This document shows positions 54,439-63,715 of a stretch of 64,000 bases of DNA, piece by piece. Below the pieces are notes generated by a model. It was given only the letters and a program-made list of their open reading frames with translations, ran no database searches and was not told where the DNA came from. Source of the DNA: Casimicrobiaceae bacterium (GTDB taxonomy: Bacteria; Pseudomonadota; Gammaproteobacteria; Burkholderiales; Casimicrobiaceae); NCBI GenBank assembly GCA_035501215.1, contig DATJWL010000129.1, positions 698 through 64,697 of the forward strand, in the 5' to 3' direction. The translations under genes were made by a program, and so were the position numbers. Position 1 is the stretch's first letter. Every line of letters begins with the position of its first letter.

Positions 54439-54875
54439 GCGTAGCTCTCCATTCTTGCGGCGACCGCAGCCGGGATGCGGACCGGCCGCCAGGTCGCCGG
54501 GTCGAGGCAGGCAAGCGTCACCTGCGCGCGCGCCAGTACGGCGTCCTCACGCAGCACGTCCTGCGCCATGATCAGACGCCCGCGGCCGCGCACCGCGAGC
54601 CCGAGCGTGACTTCGAGCGCGTCGTACAGCCGCGCCGGCTGGACGTATTCGATTTCCAGACGATGGACCACGAAGGCGACATGATGTTCGCGAGCTAACT
54701 CGGCATGGGTGAAGCCGAGGCGCGCCAGCCATTCGGTGCGCGCCCGCTCGAGGAACCTCAGATAATTGGCGTAGTAGACGATTCCCCCGGCGTCGGTATC
54801 CTCGTAGTAAACGCGCACCGGCCAGCGAAAGGGGTCAGAGCCTGTGACACAGTGGGACGCGTGATGCGCTGGCAC
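54435..54875 (-). CDS. ybgC: Tol-Pal-associated acyl-CoA thioesterase YbgC
   Basis: FRWPVRVYYEDTDAGGIVYYANYLRFLERAR. The only start is GTG at 54875. Codons 5-12 (SHCVTGS region) lie inside the left inverted repeat of the 54841-55106 unit. Confidence 0.85.
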   Translation of the reverse strand: MPAHHASHCVTGSDPFRWPVRVYYEDTDAGGIVYYANYLRFLERARTEWLARLGFTHAELAREHHVAFVVHRLEIEYVQPARLYDALEVTLGLAVRGRGRLIMAQDVLREDAVLARAQVTLACLDPATWRPVRIPAAVAARMESYA

Positions 54876-55106
54876 GATTTGGGCTCAGGCGCGCGAAGCA
54901 AGCCACGCCGCTTGGTAGGCCCCAAGCAAGTGGCATGCGACAAAGCGAGTGAGCCCAAATCGCGGCCAGCCCTCTGGGTTGCGGCCAAACCCGCCGCTAG
55001 CATTGTTGCCTGGCTTGCGAATAGGCTTGACTATTCGCTGCGCCCTGCGCCGCGCCAGCGGCGGTTTGTGGCCAGCGACGCACACGTGTCCCCACTGTGT
55101 CACAGG
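54841..55106. repeat. 266-nt unit bracketed by ~24-nt inverted repeats, with nested internal pairings (structured leader RNA or MITE-like element)
   Basis: cctgtgacacagtgggacgcgtg (54841-54863) pairs with cacacgtgtccccactgtgtcacagg (55081-55106). Inner stems are 54875-54887/54950-54962 (13 bp) and 54983-54997/55058-55073 (14 bp with a bulge). Confidence 0.65.
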
Positions 55107-55129
55107 CTTGAAGGCCGGGGGCTCCCGTC

Positions 55130-56161
55130 TCATTCGCTCGAGAACAGCTCGCCCACGGCACCGGGCGGCGCGAGGCCGAAATGCCGGTACGAAAGCGCGG
55201 TCGCGATCCGTCCCCGGTTCGTGCGCTGCAGGAAGCCCTGCTGGATGAGGAACGGCTCGAGCACGTCCTCGATCGTGTCGCGCTCCTCCCCGATCGCCGC
55301 CGAGAGGTTGTCGATGCCGACCGGTCCGCCGGCGAACTTGTCGAGGACGCAGCGCAGGAGCTTGCGGTCCATCACGTCGAGCCCGGAGGCATCGACGTCG
55401 AGCACCGCGAGCGCCGCGTCGGCGACCTCGCGCGTGATGCGGCCGGCGGCGCGCACCTCCGCGTAGTCGCGCACGCGGCGCAACAGCCGGTTCGCCACCC
55501 GGGGCGTCCCGCGCGAGCGCCGCGCGATTTCGAGCGCGCCTTCGGCTTCGAGCGCGATCTCGAGCAGCTTCGCCGAGCGCGTGACGATGCGGGTGAGCTC
55601 CTCGGGACTGTAGAACTCGAGCCGCGCCACGATGCCGAAGCGGTCGCGCAGCGGATTGGTCAGCATGCCCGCCCGGGTGGTCGCGCCGACCAGCGTGAAA
55701 GGCGGCAGATCGAGCTTGACCGAGCGCGCGGCCGGACCCTCGCCGATCATGATGTCGATCTTGAAGTCCTCGAGCGCCGGGTAGAGGATCTCCTCGACCA
55801 CCGGCGACAGCCGATGGATCTCGTCGATGAACAGCACGTCGTGCGGCTCGAGGTTCGTGAGCAGCGCCGCGAGGTCGCCGGCGCGCTCGAGCACCGGGCC
55901 CGAAGTCTGCCGCATGTTGACGCCCAGCTCGTGCGCGATGATGTGCGATAGCGTCGTCTTGCCCAAGCCGGGCGGTCCGAACAGCAGGACGTGATCGAGT
56001 GATTCCTCGCGCTTGACCGCAGCCTCGATGAAGATGGAAAGCTGGCTGCGGATCTTCTCCTGTCCGACGTACTCGTCGAGAGCGCGCGGGCGCAGCGTGC
56101 GCTCGAAGGCTTCCTCCTGCGGTGTCGACGGAGCGGCGACGAGGCGGTCGGTTTCGATCAT
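55130..56161 (-). CDS. ruvB: Holliday junction branch migration helicase RuvB
   Basis: 343 aa; Walker [10 protein letters not shown]; [10 protein letters not shown]. Confidence 0.95.
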   Translation of the reverse strand: MIETDRLVAAPSTPQEEAFERTLRPRALDEYVGQEKIRSQLSIFIEAAVKREESLDHVLLFGPPGLGKTTLSHIIAHELGVNMRQTSGPVLERAGDLAALLTNLEPHDVLFIDEIHRLSPVVEEILYPALEDFKIDIMIGEGPAARSVKLDLPPFTLVGATTRAGMLTNPLRDRFGIVARLEFYSPEELTRIVTRSAKLLEIALEAEGALEIARRSRGTPRVANRLLRRVRDYAEVRAAGRITREVADAALAVLDVDASGLDVMDRKLLRCVLDKFAGGPVGIDNLSAAIGEERDTIEDVLEPFLIQQGFLQRTNRGRIATALSYRHFGLAPPGAVGELFSSE

Positions 56162-56172
56162 GTTCGATTCAA

Positions 56173-56754
56173 TTATGCCTTGGCCAGCACCTTGAGTGCC
56201 TGCTTGATGCCGTCGGCGACCGCCACGCCCTCGGGGAGCTGCTTCACTGCGTGGACGGCTTCCTTGTCGCTGTAACCGAGCGAGAGCAGCGCGTTGAGCA
56301 CGTCGGAGACGACCGGCGCGGCGCGATGCACGCCGACCGCAGTGGTGGCTTCCGCGCCAAGCTTGTCCTTTAGCTCGAGCAACAGCCGCTCGGCGGTTTT
56401 CTTGCCGATTCCTGGAATCTTGGTGAGCCGCCCGGGCTCTTGCAAGGTGACGGCCTGGGCCAGCTCCGCCACGGAGAGACCGGATAGCACGGAAAGCGCG
56501 GTGCGCGCACCGATGCCGCTGATCTTGATGAGCTGACGGAACGCGCGGCGCTCGCTCTCGGAAGCGAAGCCGAACAGAAGATGCGCGTCCTCGCGCACGA
56601 CCAGATGCGTGAGCAGTGTAATCGTCTCGCCGACGCCGGGTAGATTGTAGAAAGTGCTCATCGGCACGTCGACTTCGTACGCCACGCCCCGCACGTCGAG
56701 CAGGATTTGCGGCGGATTTTTTTCGACGAGCGTTCCGGAAAGCCGGCCGATCAT
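56173..56754 (-). CDS. ruvA: Holliday junction DNA-binding protein RuvA
   Basis: [35 protein letters not shown]...; HhH motifs ([21 protein letters not shown]). Confidence 0.93.
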   Translation of the reverse strand: MIGRLSGTLVEKNPPQILLDVRGVAYEVDVPMSTFYNLPGVGETITLLTHLVVREDAHLLFGFASESERRAFRQLIKISGIGARTALSVLSGLSVAELAQAVTLQEPGRLTKIPGIGKKTAERLLLELKDKLGAEATTAVGVHRAAPVVSDVLNALLSLGYSDKEAVHAVKQLPEGVAVADGIKQALKVLAKA

Positions 56755-56879
56755 GGGCGAAAATGGGGCAAGGTTCGATTTATCGCAGCAGCGGGGGTCA
56801 AGCCAATTTCGAGGCGCGACCGCCAACATGATAATTGATCGGTCGGACAAATCGAGCCTGGCCTCTTTTTCGACGCCGC

Positions 56880-57395
56880 TTACCGCCGGCGGCGGCGCTT
56901 CGCGCGCGCGAGTTCGCTGAGGCCCTCGCCGTGCGCATGGCAGATCGCGCAGGCGAGTGCGTCGGCGGCGTCCGCTGACGGCGTGGCGGGCAGCGCGAGC
57001 AGCCGCCGCACCATCTCCTGCACCTGCTGCTTTGCCGCTTTGCCGTGTCCGACCACCGCCTGCTTGATCTGCAGCGCCGTGTACTCTGCGACCGGCAGTT
57101 CGGCGAGCACGGCTGCCGAGATCGCCGCTCCGCGCGCCTGTCCGAGGAGCAACGTCGAGTGCGGGTTGACGTTGACGAACACCTTCTCGACGGCGACCTC
57201 CGCCGGCGCGTGGGTGGCGATGACCGTGCCGAGATCGCGCAGGATCACCTTCAGCCGGTCCGGAAGGTCGCCCGAGTTCATGCGGATGCAGCCGCTCGTG
57301 ACGTAGCGCAGCCGCACGCCGTCGCTGGCGATGACGCCGAACCCGGTGACCCTCAAGCCGGGATCGATGCCCAGTATCCGCCGCGTGGGAGACAC
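56880..57395 (-). CDS. ruvC: crossover junction endodeoxyribonuclease RuvC
   Basis: [17 protein letters not shown]..., [10 protein letters not shown] and [12 protein letters not shown]. Confidence 0.93.
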   Translation of the reverse strand: MSPTRRILGIDPGLRVTGFGVIASDGVRLRYVTSGCIRMNSGDLPDRLKVILRDLGTVIATHAPAEVAVEKVFVNVNPHSTLLLGQARGAAISAAVLAELPVAEYTALQIKQAVVGHGKAAKQQVQEMVRRLLALPATPSADAADALACAICHAHGEGLSELARAKRRRRR

Positions 57396-57415
57396 GTTGC
57401 GTTTGCCGCCGCGCC

Positions 57416-58144
57416 CTACGCAGGCTCGAGGACGGCGGTCGTGTAGACCTCCTGCACGTCGTCGAGCGCCTCGAATGCGTCGAGTAGCTTCTGCATCCTT
57501 GCGGCATCCTCGCCGGCCAGCGGAACCTCGGTGGTTGGTTTCATCGTCAACTCCGCGAGCCCCGGTTTGAATCCCGCTTTCACGAGCGCCTCCTTCACGG
57601 CGACGAACTCCTGCGGCCCGGTGATGACCTCGATCGAGCCGTCGTCGTTGTCGATCACGTCGTCAGCTCCCGCGTCGAGCGCGACTTCGAGCAGCCGGTC
57701 CTGGTCCGTCCCCGGCGCGAAGACGAGCTGCCCGCAATGCTTGAACAGGAACACGACCGAGCCGTCGGTGCCGAGATTGCCGCCGTGCTTGGAAAAGGCA
57801 TGGCGGACGTCGGCCACGGTGCGCGTGCGATTGTCGGTCATGCAGTCGACAATGACCGCCGCGCCGTTGATGCCGTAGCCCTCGTAACGCACTTCCTCAT
57901 AGTTGGCACCCTCGAGCGCGCCGGCGCCACGCCTGATCGCTCGCTCGATCGTGTCCTTGGGCATGTTGTTATCGGTCGCCTTGTCGACCGCGAGCCGCAG
58001 TCGCGGATTAGCCGATGCGTCCCCGCCACCGAGCCGCGCGGCGACGGTGATTTCGCGGATGAGCCGACTGAAGATCTTGCCACGCTTGGCGTCGGTCGCC
58101 GCCTTGCGGTGCTTGATGTTGGCCCACTTGCTGTGGCCGGCCAT
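57416..58144 (-). CDS. YebC/PmpR-family transcriptional regulator
   Basis: [32 protein letters not shown].... Confidence 0.92.
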   Translation of the reverse strand: MAGHSKWANIKHRKAATDAKRGKIFSRLIREITVAARLGGGDASANPRLRLAVDKATDNNMPKDTIERAIRRGAGALEGANYEEVRYEGYGINGAAVIVDCMTDNRTRTVADVRHAFSKHGGNLGTDGSVVFLFKHCGQLVFAPGTDQDRLLEVALDAGADDVIDNDDGSIEVITGPQEFVAVKEALVKAGFKPGLAELTMKPTTEVPLAGEDAARMQKLLDAFEALDDVQEVYTTAVLEPA

Positions 58145-58210
58145 GGCGTGACTCTGTGACGAACGGCGAATTATAACCGGGCCGTTTGCCGAGGCTATTT
58201 CGGAGGTTCC

Positions 58211-58846
58211 CTAGAGGAGGCCCTGCTGCTTCAGGAATTGCGCGAGCACCTTGAGCCGAACGTCGCAATCGTTGATCTCGAGCATGCTCTGTTTGATGTT
58301 GAGCGGCAGCGGCAGCAGCTCGGCGAGCCGATAGCTCACCCAGGATGCATCGCCCAGCGCAAGCTCGGTCGGAAAGTTCTCGCGCCCGACGCGAGTGATC
58401 AGCAATTCGAGGAGATTGGACAGCGGAAGATAGATCTCGGATAGCGCGCGCGTCGGCTCAGGCGCAAGCGCGGTTACCTGTCCGATGACGAGTCCGTCGT
58501 CGGCGACGGTGTGCGATTGCACCTGAAAACGCGTCTCGCCCTCGGTGCGCAGTTGCAGGATGCCGAGCTGCGGCATGTCCCAGTTGGTGATGCGCGCACG
58601 CGTTCCGATCGGCGCAAACTCGGTGACGCTCTTCGCTCCCGCAGGTCCCGCGACTTCTTCGCCCTGCGTGAGCAGGCATACGCCGAACGGCTGGTCGTCC
58701 TTCAGGCAAGCCTTGGTCATCTCGATGTAGCGCTGCTCGAAGACCTTGAGCGGCAGCACGCCGCCTGGGAAGAGCACGGTCTTCAACGGAAACAGCGGCA
58801 GCGGGCCGGGCTCTCGGGGCGCGTCGCCGCGCAGGAACGAAAGCAT
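58211..58846 (-). CDS. LON substrate-binding (Lon N-terminal) domain protein
   Basis: LPLFPLKTVLFPGGVLPLKVFEQRYIEM...; ATG at 58846 preferred over the ORF start at 58903. Confidence 0.8.
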   Translation of the reverse strand: MLSFLRGDAPREPGPLPLFPLKTVLFPGGVLPLKVFEQRYIEMTKACLKDDQPFGVCLLTQGEEVAGPAGAKSVTEFAPIGTRARITNWDMPQLGILQLRTEGETRFQVQSHTVADDGLVIGQVTALAPEPTRALSEIYLPLSNLLELLITRVGRENFPTELALGDASWVSYRLAELLPLPLNIKQSMLEINDCDVRLKVLAQFLKQQGLL

Positions 58847-58862
58847 CGTCGAGGGCTTCGGC

Positions 58863-59504
58863 TCAGGTGCGCTCGGTCGCGGGTGGAGCGACGCGTGCTT
58901 CACCCCAGCGTGGACCGAGGGTGTGCGCGACGCTAAGCTGATCGAGAACGCGTGCGACGACGAAGTCGACCAGGTCGCCGATCTCCTGGGGGTGGCCGTA
59001 GAAGCCCGGCGACGGCGGAAGGATCACCGCCCCAGCGCGCGCGAGCTTGAGCAGGTTCTCAAGGTGGATCGCGGAGAGCGGCGTTTCGCGTGGCACGAGG
59101 ACCAGCGGCCGCCGCTCCTTGAGCATGACGTCCGCAGCGCGCTCGATCAGGTTGTCGGCGAGCCCCGCGGCGATCGCGCCCGCGGTGCCCATCGTGCACG
59201 GACAGATTGCCATCGCATCGGCGGTATTCGAGCCCGACGCGATCGGACTCATCCAGTCCTCGCGCCCGAAGACCGTGAGCTGCCCGGGCCGCGCGCGGTA
59301 ACGCTCGGCAAGCAGTGCCGCGGCGGCGTGCGGCTGCGCCGGCAACGTGAGATCGGTTTCGTGCCGGGCCACCACCTGAGCCGCCGGCGAATAGACGAGG
59401 AAGACCTGCGACTCGCTCGCGAGCAGACATTCGAGCAGGCGCAGCCCGTAGGGCAGGCCCGAAGCGCCGGTGAAGGCGAGCGTGATGGTGGGCGGAGCAG
59501 TCAT
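58863..59504 (-). CDS. ubiX: flavin prenyltransferase UbiX
   Basis: ITLAFTGASGLPYGLRLLE..., MAICPCTMGT and LVLVPRETPLS. Confidence 0.9.
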   Translation of the reverse strand: MTAPPTITLAFTGASGLPYGLRLLECLLASESQVFLVYSPAAQVVARHETDLTLPAQPHAAAALLAERYRARPGQLTVFGREDWMSPIASGSNTADAMAICPCTMGTAGAIAAGLADNLIERAADVMLKERRPLVLVPRETPLSAIHLENLLKLARAGAVILPPSPGFYGHPQEIGDLVDFVVARVLDQLSVAHTLGPRWGEARVAPPATERT

Positions 59505-59709
59505 GCGCACATTGTAATCCGGCTTCGCGGGGCGCTGCCGACACTGGGGAAGCGGCGGAGGCATCGCGGGCGCCGATGCGCCGCGTCGACCGTGACGGGT
59601 GGCGCGGCGAGGCGGATCGTGTGTTGACGACCGAAGCCGCGCCGGGACCCGGAGGTCGACGTTTGCGGTGAGGACGCCCGCCGAGCATCCGTTGCTTCCG
59701 CGGTGATCG

Positions 59710-60546
59710 CTACGGCAGCTCGCGGTGTCGTACGAGCACCTGGAAATGCGGCGCGAACGCTTTCGCGAGCCGCTCGGACAGATACACCGAGCGATGCCGC
59801 CCTCCGGTGCAGCCGATCGCCACCGTGAGATAGTTGCGATTGTCGCAAGCGTAATCGGGGAGCCAGTTCGCGACAAAGTGATAGATGTCGCGGTACATGC
59901 GCTCGACTTCGGGCAGGCGCTCGAGGTACTCAACGACGGCGGTGTCGCGCCCGGTTTGCGCCGCGAGCGCGGGCTCGTAGTGCGGATTCGGAAGACAGCG
60001 CACGTCGAACACGAGGTCGGCGTCGAGCGGCACCCCGTGCTTGTAGCCGAAGGACTGGAAGAGCAGCGTCAGCTTCGACGGATCCACGCTCACGAAGTCC
60101 TTGATCCAGGCGCGCAGCGCCGCGGCGGCGAGATCGCTCGTATCGAAGGTGTAGCCGAGCGAACGCGCGTCGGCGAAGAGTGCGCGTTCGAACTCGATCG
60201 CTTCGGTGAGCGTACGCTCTTCGCCGGAGAATGGATGGCGGCGCCGCGTCTCGGAGAAGCGCTTCACCAGCGTATCGGTCTTGGCGTCGAGATAGACAAA
60301 GCGCACCGTCCAGCCCTCGCTGCGCGCCGCGTCGATCGCCGCGGGCAGGTCCGACAACCCGGGCCCGGTTTTCACGTCGAGAACGACCGCGACGCGATCG
60401 AGCTTCGCGGCCTTGAGATGCGCAAGCAGCCCGGCGAGCTGCGCGAGGGGCAGGTTCGACACCGCGTAGTAGCCGCTGTCTTCGAGCGCGGTGAGCGCCA
60501 CGCTCTTGCCCGAGCCGGAGACCCCACCGATGAGCAGCAGATCCAC
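59710..60546 (-). CDS. rapZ: RNase adapter protein RapZ
   Basis: MDLLLIGGVSGSGKSVALTALEDSGYYAVSNLP and IGCTGGRHRSV. Confidence 0.93.
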   Translation of the reverse strand: MDLLLIGGVSGSGKSVALTALEDSGYYAVSNLPLAQLAGLLAHLKAAKLDRVAVVLDVKTGPGLSDLPAAIDAARSEGWTVRFVYLDAKTDTLVKRFSETRRRHPFSGEERTLTEAIEFERALFADARSLGYTFDTSDLAAAALRAWIKDFVSVDPSKLTLLFQSFGYKHGVPLDADLVFDVRCLPNPHYEPALAAQTGRDTAVVEYLERLPEVERMYRDIYHFVANWLPDYACDNRNYLTVAIGCTGGRHRSVYLSERLAKAFAPHFQVLVRHRELP

Positions 60547-60552
60547 GAGCGA

Positions 60553-61776
60553 TCAGCGTCCCGGAGCCGCCACGTGCTCGGGTCGCACTCCGATGCCGAC
60601 CAGCCGGGCAGGGATGCGGCGGAGCCGCGCGAAGCGATTGACGAGCCGCACGACGAGCGGGAGCGTCGGAGCGCGATCTCCCTGGTCTGCGAGGACGCGG
60701 GCGATGACGCGGTCCTGCACGGCGACTTGCACGCGCTGCGTCACGCGCACCGGCCATTCGCGGCGTTGCTGGACCGCGCGCAGATCGGCGAGGTGCGCGG
60801 GGCCCCTGCGCAGCGGCGCGGCGAGGAGGTTGGCCGCGGCCACCGCGTCCTGAATCGCGAGATTGATGCCGACGCCGCCGACCGGCGACATCGCGTGCGC
60901 CGCGTCACCGATGCAGAGCAGCCCGGGCTTGAACCACTGACGCAGGCGATCGACCTGCACGGTGAGGAGCTTCACGGCGTCCCAGTCTTCGAGCGTGCCG
61001 ACGACTGAAGCGGTGAAAGGCGCGACTCGCGCGATGCGCGCGCGGAACGCGCCGATGTCCTCGCGCCGGATGGCGTCAAACGCTCCCTTGCGAATCACGT
61101 AGCCGCATTGCCAGTAGCTTTCGCGATTGATCATGACGAAGAACGAGCCGGGCTCGACGTAGCCCCCCGTCGCCTCGGGATCTTCGGATTTGCGCGGCAG
61201 CCGAAACCACAGCACGTCGATCGGTGCGCCCAGGGTCTGCGTCTCGAGCGCCGCGCGCTCGCGGATCGTCGAATGCCGGCCATCGGCGCCCACGACGAGA
61301 TCGGCATGCACGTCGAGGAGCCCCTCCGGCGTGAGCGCCTTGACGCCACACACGCCTGCCGCGGTCTCGATCAGATCGGTCGCTTCTGCTTGCATGCGCA
61401 GCGCGAAACGCGGAAACCGCCGCGCTTCGCCCGCGAGGAAGTTCAGGAAATCCCACTGCGGCATCATCGCGATGAAACGGCAGCGCGCGTCGAGGTGCGT
61501 GAAGTCCGCCAGCGTGACGTGCGCGCCGTAAATGTCTCCCGCCAGCTCGCGCACCTCCTGATGCGGGAGCCGCAGGAACGCCCCCAGAAAGCCCAGCTCG
61601 TGGATCACTTCCAGCGTCGAAGGATGGATCGTATCGCCGCGGAAATCGCGGAAAAAGTCCGCATGCTTCTCGAGCACCAGCACGTCCACGCCGGCACGGG
61701 CGAGGAGCAGTCCCAACATCATCCCCGCGGGACCGCCGCCGACGATGCAGCAGCGCACGGCAACCGCTTCGAGCAT
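60553..61776 (-). CDS. FAD-dependent monooxygenase/oxidoreductase
   Basis: CCIVGGGPAGMMLGLLLARAGVDVLVLEK, VVGADGRHS and CIGDAAHAMSPVGGVGINLA. Confidence 0.85.
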   Translation of the reverse strand: MLEAVAVRCCIVGGGPAGMMLGLLLARAGVDVLVLEKHADFFRDFRGDTIHPSTLEVIHELGFLGAFLRLPHQEVRELAGDIYGAHVTLADFTHLDARCRFIAMMPQWDFLNFLAGEARRFPRFALRMQAEATDLIETAAGVCGVKALTPEGLLDVHADLVVGADGRHSTIRERAALETQTLGAPIDVLWFRLPRKSEDPEATGGYVEPGSFFVMINRESYWQCGYVIRKGAFDAIRREDIGAFRARIARVAPFTASVVGTLEDWDAVKLLTVQVDRLRQWFKPGLLCIGDAAHAMSPVGGVGINLAIQDAVAAANLLAAPLRRGPAHLADLRAVQQRREWPVRVTQRVQVAVQDRVIARVLADQGDRAPTLPLVVRLVNRFARLRRIPARLVGIGVRPEHVAAPGR

Positions 61777-61789
61777 TCTTGACGTCCTC

Positions 61790-62749
61790 TCAGCCGCCGT
61801 CTTCCATCAGCTTCTGCTGTCTCTCGATGAACTCCTTGGTGCTGTCGATGCCGCGCTGGTTAAGCACGAAGTTGCGCACTGCCGCTTCGACCAGCACTGC
61901 GAGATTGCGCCCAGCGGCGACGGGAATGGTCACCTTGCGAATCGGCACGCCGAGAATTTCCTGAAAGGTCGCGTCCACCTGCAAGCGGTCGAGGTCCGAG
62001 AACTGCTCGGTGCTGTGGTCCTCCAGGTGTACCATCAGCTTCAGGAGCTTGCGCGGGCGCACGGCCGTTTCGCCGAAGATAGTGCGGATATTGAGCACGC
62101 CGATGCCGCGGACCTCGAGAAAGTCGCGCAGCACGGTGGGGCAGCGGCCTTCCAGCGTATCGGGCGAAATGCGGTACAGCTCGACGATGTCGTCGGCCAC
62201 CAGTCCGTTGCCGCGCGAGATGAGCTCCAGCGCGAGCTCGCTCTTGCCGATCGCGGAAGCGCCGGTGATGAGCACGCCCATTTCCAGCACGTCGAGGAAC
62301 ACACCGTGCAGCGTCGTGGACTCCGCCAGCACGCGCGAGAGATATAGCCGCAGCACGTCGACCAGATGCGGTGAGGGCTGCGGCGAGGTCAGCAGCGCGA
62401 TGTGATGGCGGTTGCACTCGTCGAGCAGGTGCGCCGGCACCTCTTCGCGGTTGGTGACGATGATGGCGGCGAGCTCCGTCGTGAATAACCGACCGATCGA
62501 GGCCTTGAGCGCGTCCTCGGGAAGCCCGCGCAAATAGCTCGCCTCCGCCGCGCCGATGATCTGCACGCGGAACGGGTGGATGAAGTTCATGTGGCCGACC
62601 TGCCCGATGGTCGGCTTCAGCTCGGTGTCTCCCGTGAGCACCTTGTTGCCGCCGCGCCGGCCCGCGAGCCAGGTGAGCCCTAGCCGCTGCTGATTCTCGG
62701 CGAAGAGCTTTTCGATGCTGACCTGCCGCATCGCGTGGCCCTCGCTCAC
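61790..62749 (-). CDS. hprK: HPr(Ser) kinase/phosphorylase
   Basis: HGVFLDVLEMGVLITGASAIGKSELALELI (Walker A) and LEVRGIGVLNI. The GTG start overlaps the ptsN stop; ATG at 62731 is an alternative. Confidence 0.92.
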   Translation of the reverse strand: MSEGHAMRQVSIEKLFAENQQRLGLTWLAGRRGGNKVLTGDTELKPTIGQVGHMNFIHPFRVQIIGAAEASYLRGLPEDALKASIGRLFTTELAAIIVTNREEVPAHLLDECNRHHIALLTSPQPSPHLVDVLRLYLSRVLAESTTLHGVFLDVLEMGVLITGASAIGKSELALELISRGNGLVADDIVELYRISPDTLEGRCPTVLRDFLEVRGIGVLNIRTIFGETAVRPRKLLKLMVHLEDHSTEQFSDLDRLQVDATFQEILGVPIRKVTIPVAAGRNLAVLVEAAVRNFVLNQRGIDSTKEFIERQQKLMEDGG

Positions 62750-63207
62750 GAAGCGGCCTTCCAGTTCGCGAAGAGCTCATGCAGGCTTCCCGTGTCCTTC
62801 GCGGTCGACAAGCGGTCGCGGAACGAGCGCTCGCTGAACATTTCCGCGAGCTCGGAGAGAAGCTGCAGGTGCTCCTCGGTAGCCTGCTCCGGAACGAGAA
62901 GCACGAACACCTGCGTGACCGGCTTGCCGTCGGGCGCATCGAACGGTATCGGCTGGCGCGGGCGCACGAACGCGCCGAGCGCGTGCTCGAGCCCCTTGAT
63001 GCGCCCGTGGGGAAGCGCGATCCCCTGCCCGAGGCCGGTCGAGCCCAACTTCTCACGCGCGAAAAGGCTGTCGAACACGACGGCGCGCGCGATCTGCGCG
63101 TGCTCCTCGAAGAGCGCGCCGACCTGCTCAAAGAGCCGCTTCTTGCTCGTCGCTTCGAGGTCGAGCAGGATGTTTGCTTCGGGAAGCAGTTGGCCGATGT
63201 GGTTCAT
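62746..63207 (-). CDS. ptsN: PTS IIA-like nitrogen regulatory protein PtsN
   Basis: MNHIGQLLPEANILLDLEA...STGLGQGIALPHGR (phosphorylatable His). Confidence 0.9.
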   Translation of the reverse strand: MNHIGQLLPEANILLDLEATSKKRLFEQVGALFEEHAQIARAVVFDSLFAREKLGSTGLGQGIALPHGRIKGLEHALGAFVRPRQPIPFDAPDGKPVTQVFVLLVPEQATEEHLQLLSELAEMFSERSFRDRLSTAKDTGSLHELFANWKAAS

Positions 63208-63275
63208 GGCGGCAGCGAGAAGAGCGCCCGGGAGCTCGGCGCTCCGGCGCGATGCCGCAGCATCATACGCTTCCG

Positions 63276-63629
63276 CTATCCGGTGCGCTTTGTCTGCTTC
63301 AGCGCGCGGCGGCGCGGACGGCGCGCAGGAACCGCCTCGTGACGGCGCCCATTGCGCTTCTCCTTGTGCTTGAGCACCTGCCGGTCCAGCTTGTCGGCGA
63401 GCGCGTCGATCGCCGCATACATGTCGTCCTCCACGCACTCGGCGTGGATGTCCTTGCCGCGAATGTGCAGGTTGGCGGTGATCTGCCGCTTGAGCTTGTC
63501 GACCGAAAGCACGACGTTCACGTCGATGACGTGGTCGAAATGGCGCGTTACGCGCACCAGCTTGTTGAGCAGGTAAGCGCGGATCGCGGGCGTGATTTCG
63601 AGATGATGACCGCTCAGGTTGAGATTCAT
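63276..63629 (-). CDS. hpf: ribosome hibernation promoting factor (short HPF)
   Basis: MNLNLSGHHLEITPAIRAYLLNKL...; basic C-terminal tail; aaggagg RBS. Confidence 0.9.
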   Translation of the reverse strand: MNLNLSGHHLEITPAIRAYLLNKLVRVTRHFDHVIDVNVVLSVDKLKRQITANLHIRGKDIHAECVEDDMYAAIDALADKLDRQVLKHKEKRNGRRHEAVPARRPRRRALKQTKRTG

Positions 63630-63641
63630 CCGGCCTCCTTA

Positions 63642-63687
63642 GGAACCTCTGAACAAGTCCCACATGTGGGACTTGTTCAGAGGTTCC
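63642..63687. repeat. perfect 46-nt palindrome between rpoN and hpf
   Basis: ggaacctctgaacaagtcccaca|tgtgggacttgttcagaggttcc. It ends 1 nt before the hpf Shine-Dalgarno on the minus strand and is noticeably less GC-rich than its surroundings. Confidence 0.85.
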
Positions 63688-63715
63688 ATTGCGGTTGCTG
63701 CGCCCGCGATCGACT

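Noticed and set aside
54869-54886. Sigma-54-like TGGCAC box (ctggcacgatttgggct)
   Set aside because: The -12 element (TTGC) is absent at the required spacing. The box also points along the plus strand, where no gene follows.
56768-56790. tRNA T-loop-like ggttcgatt in the ruvC-ruvA spacer
   Set aside because: No acceptor, D or anticodon stems can be drawn around it. I found no tRNA cloverleaf anywhere in the window.
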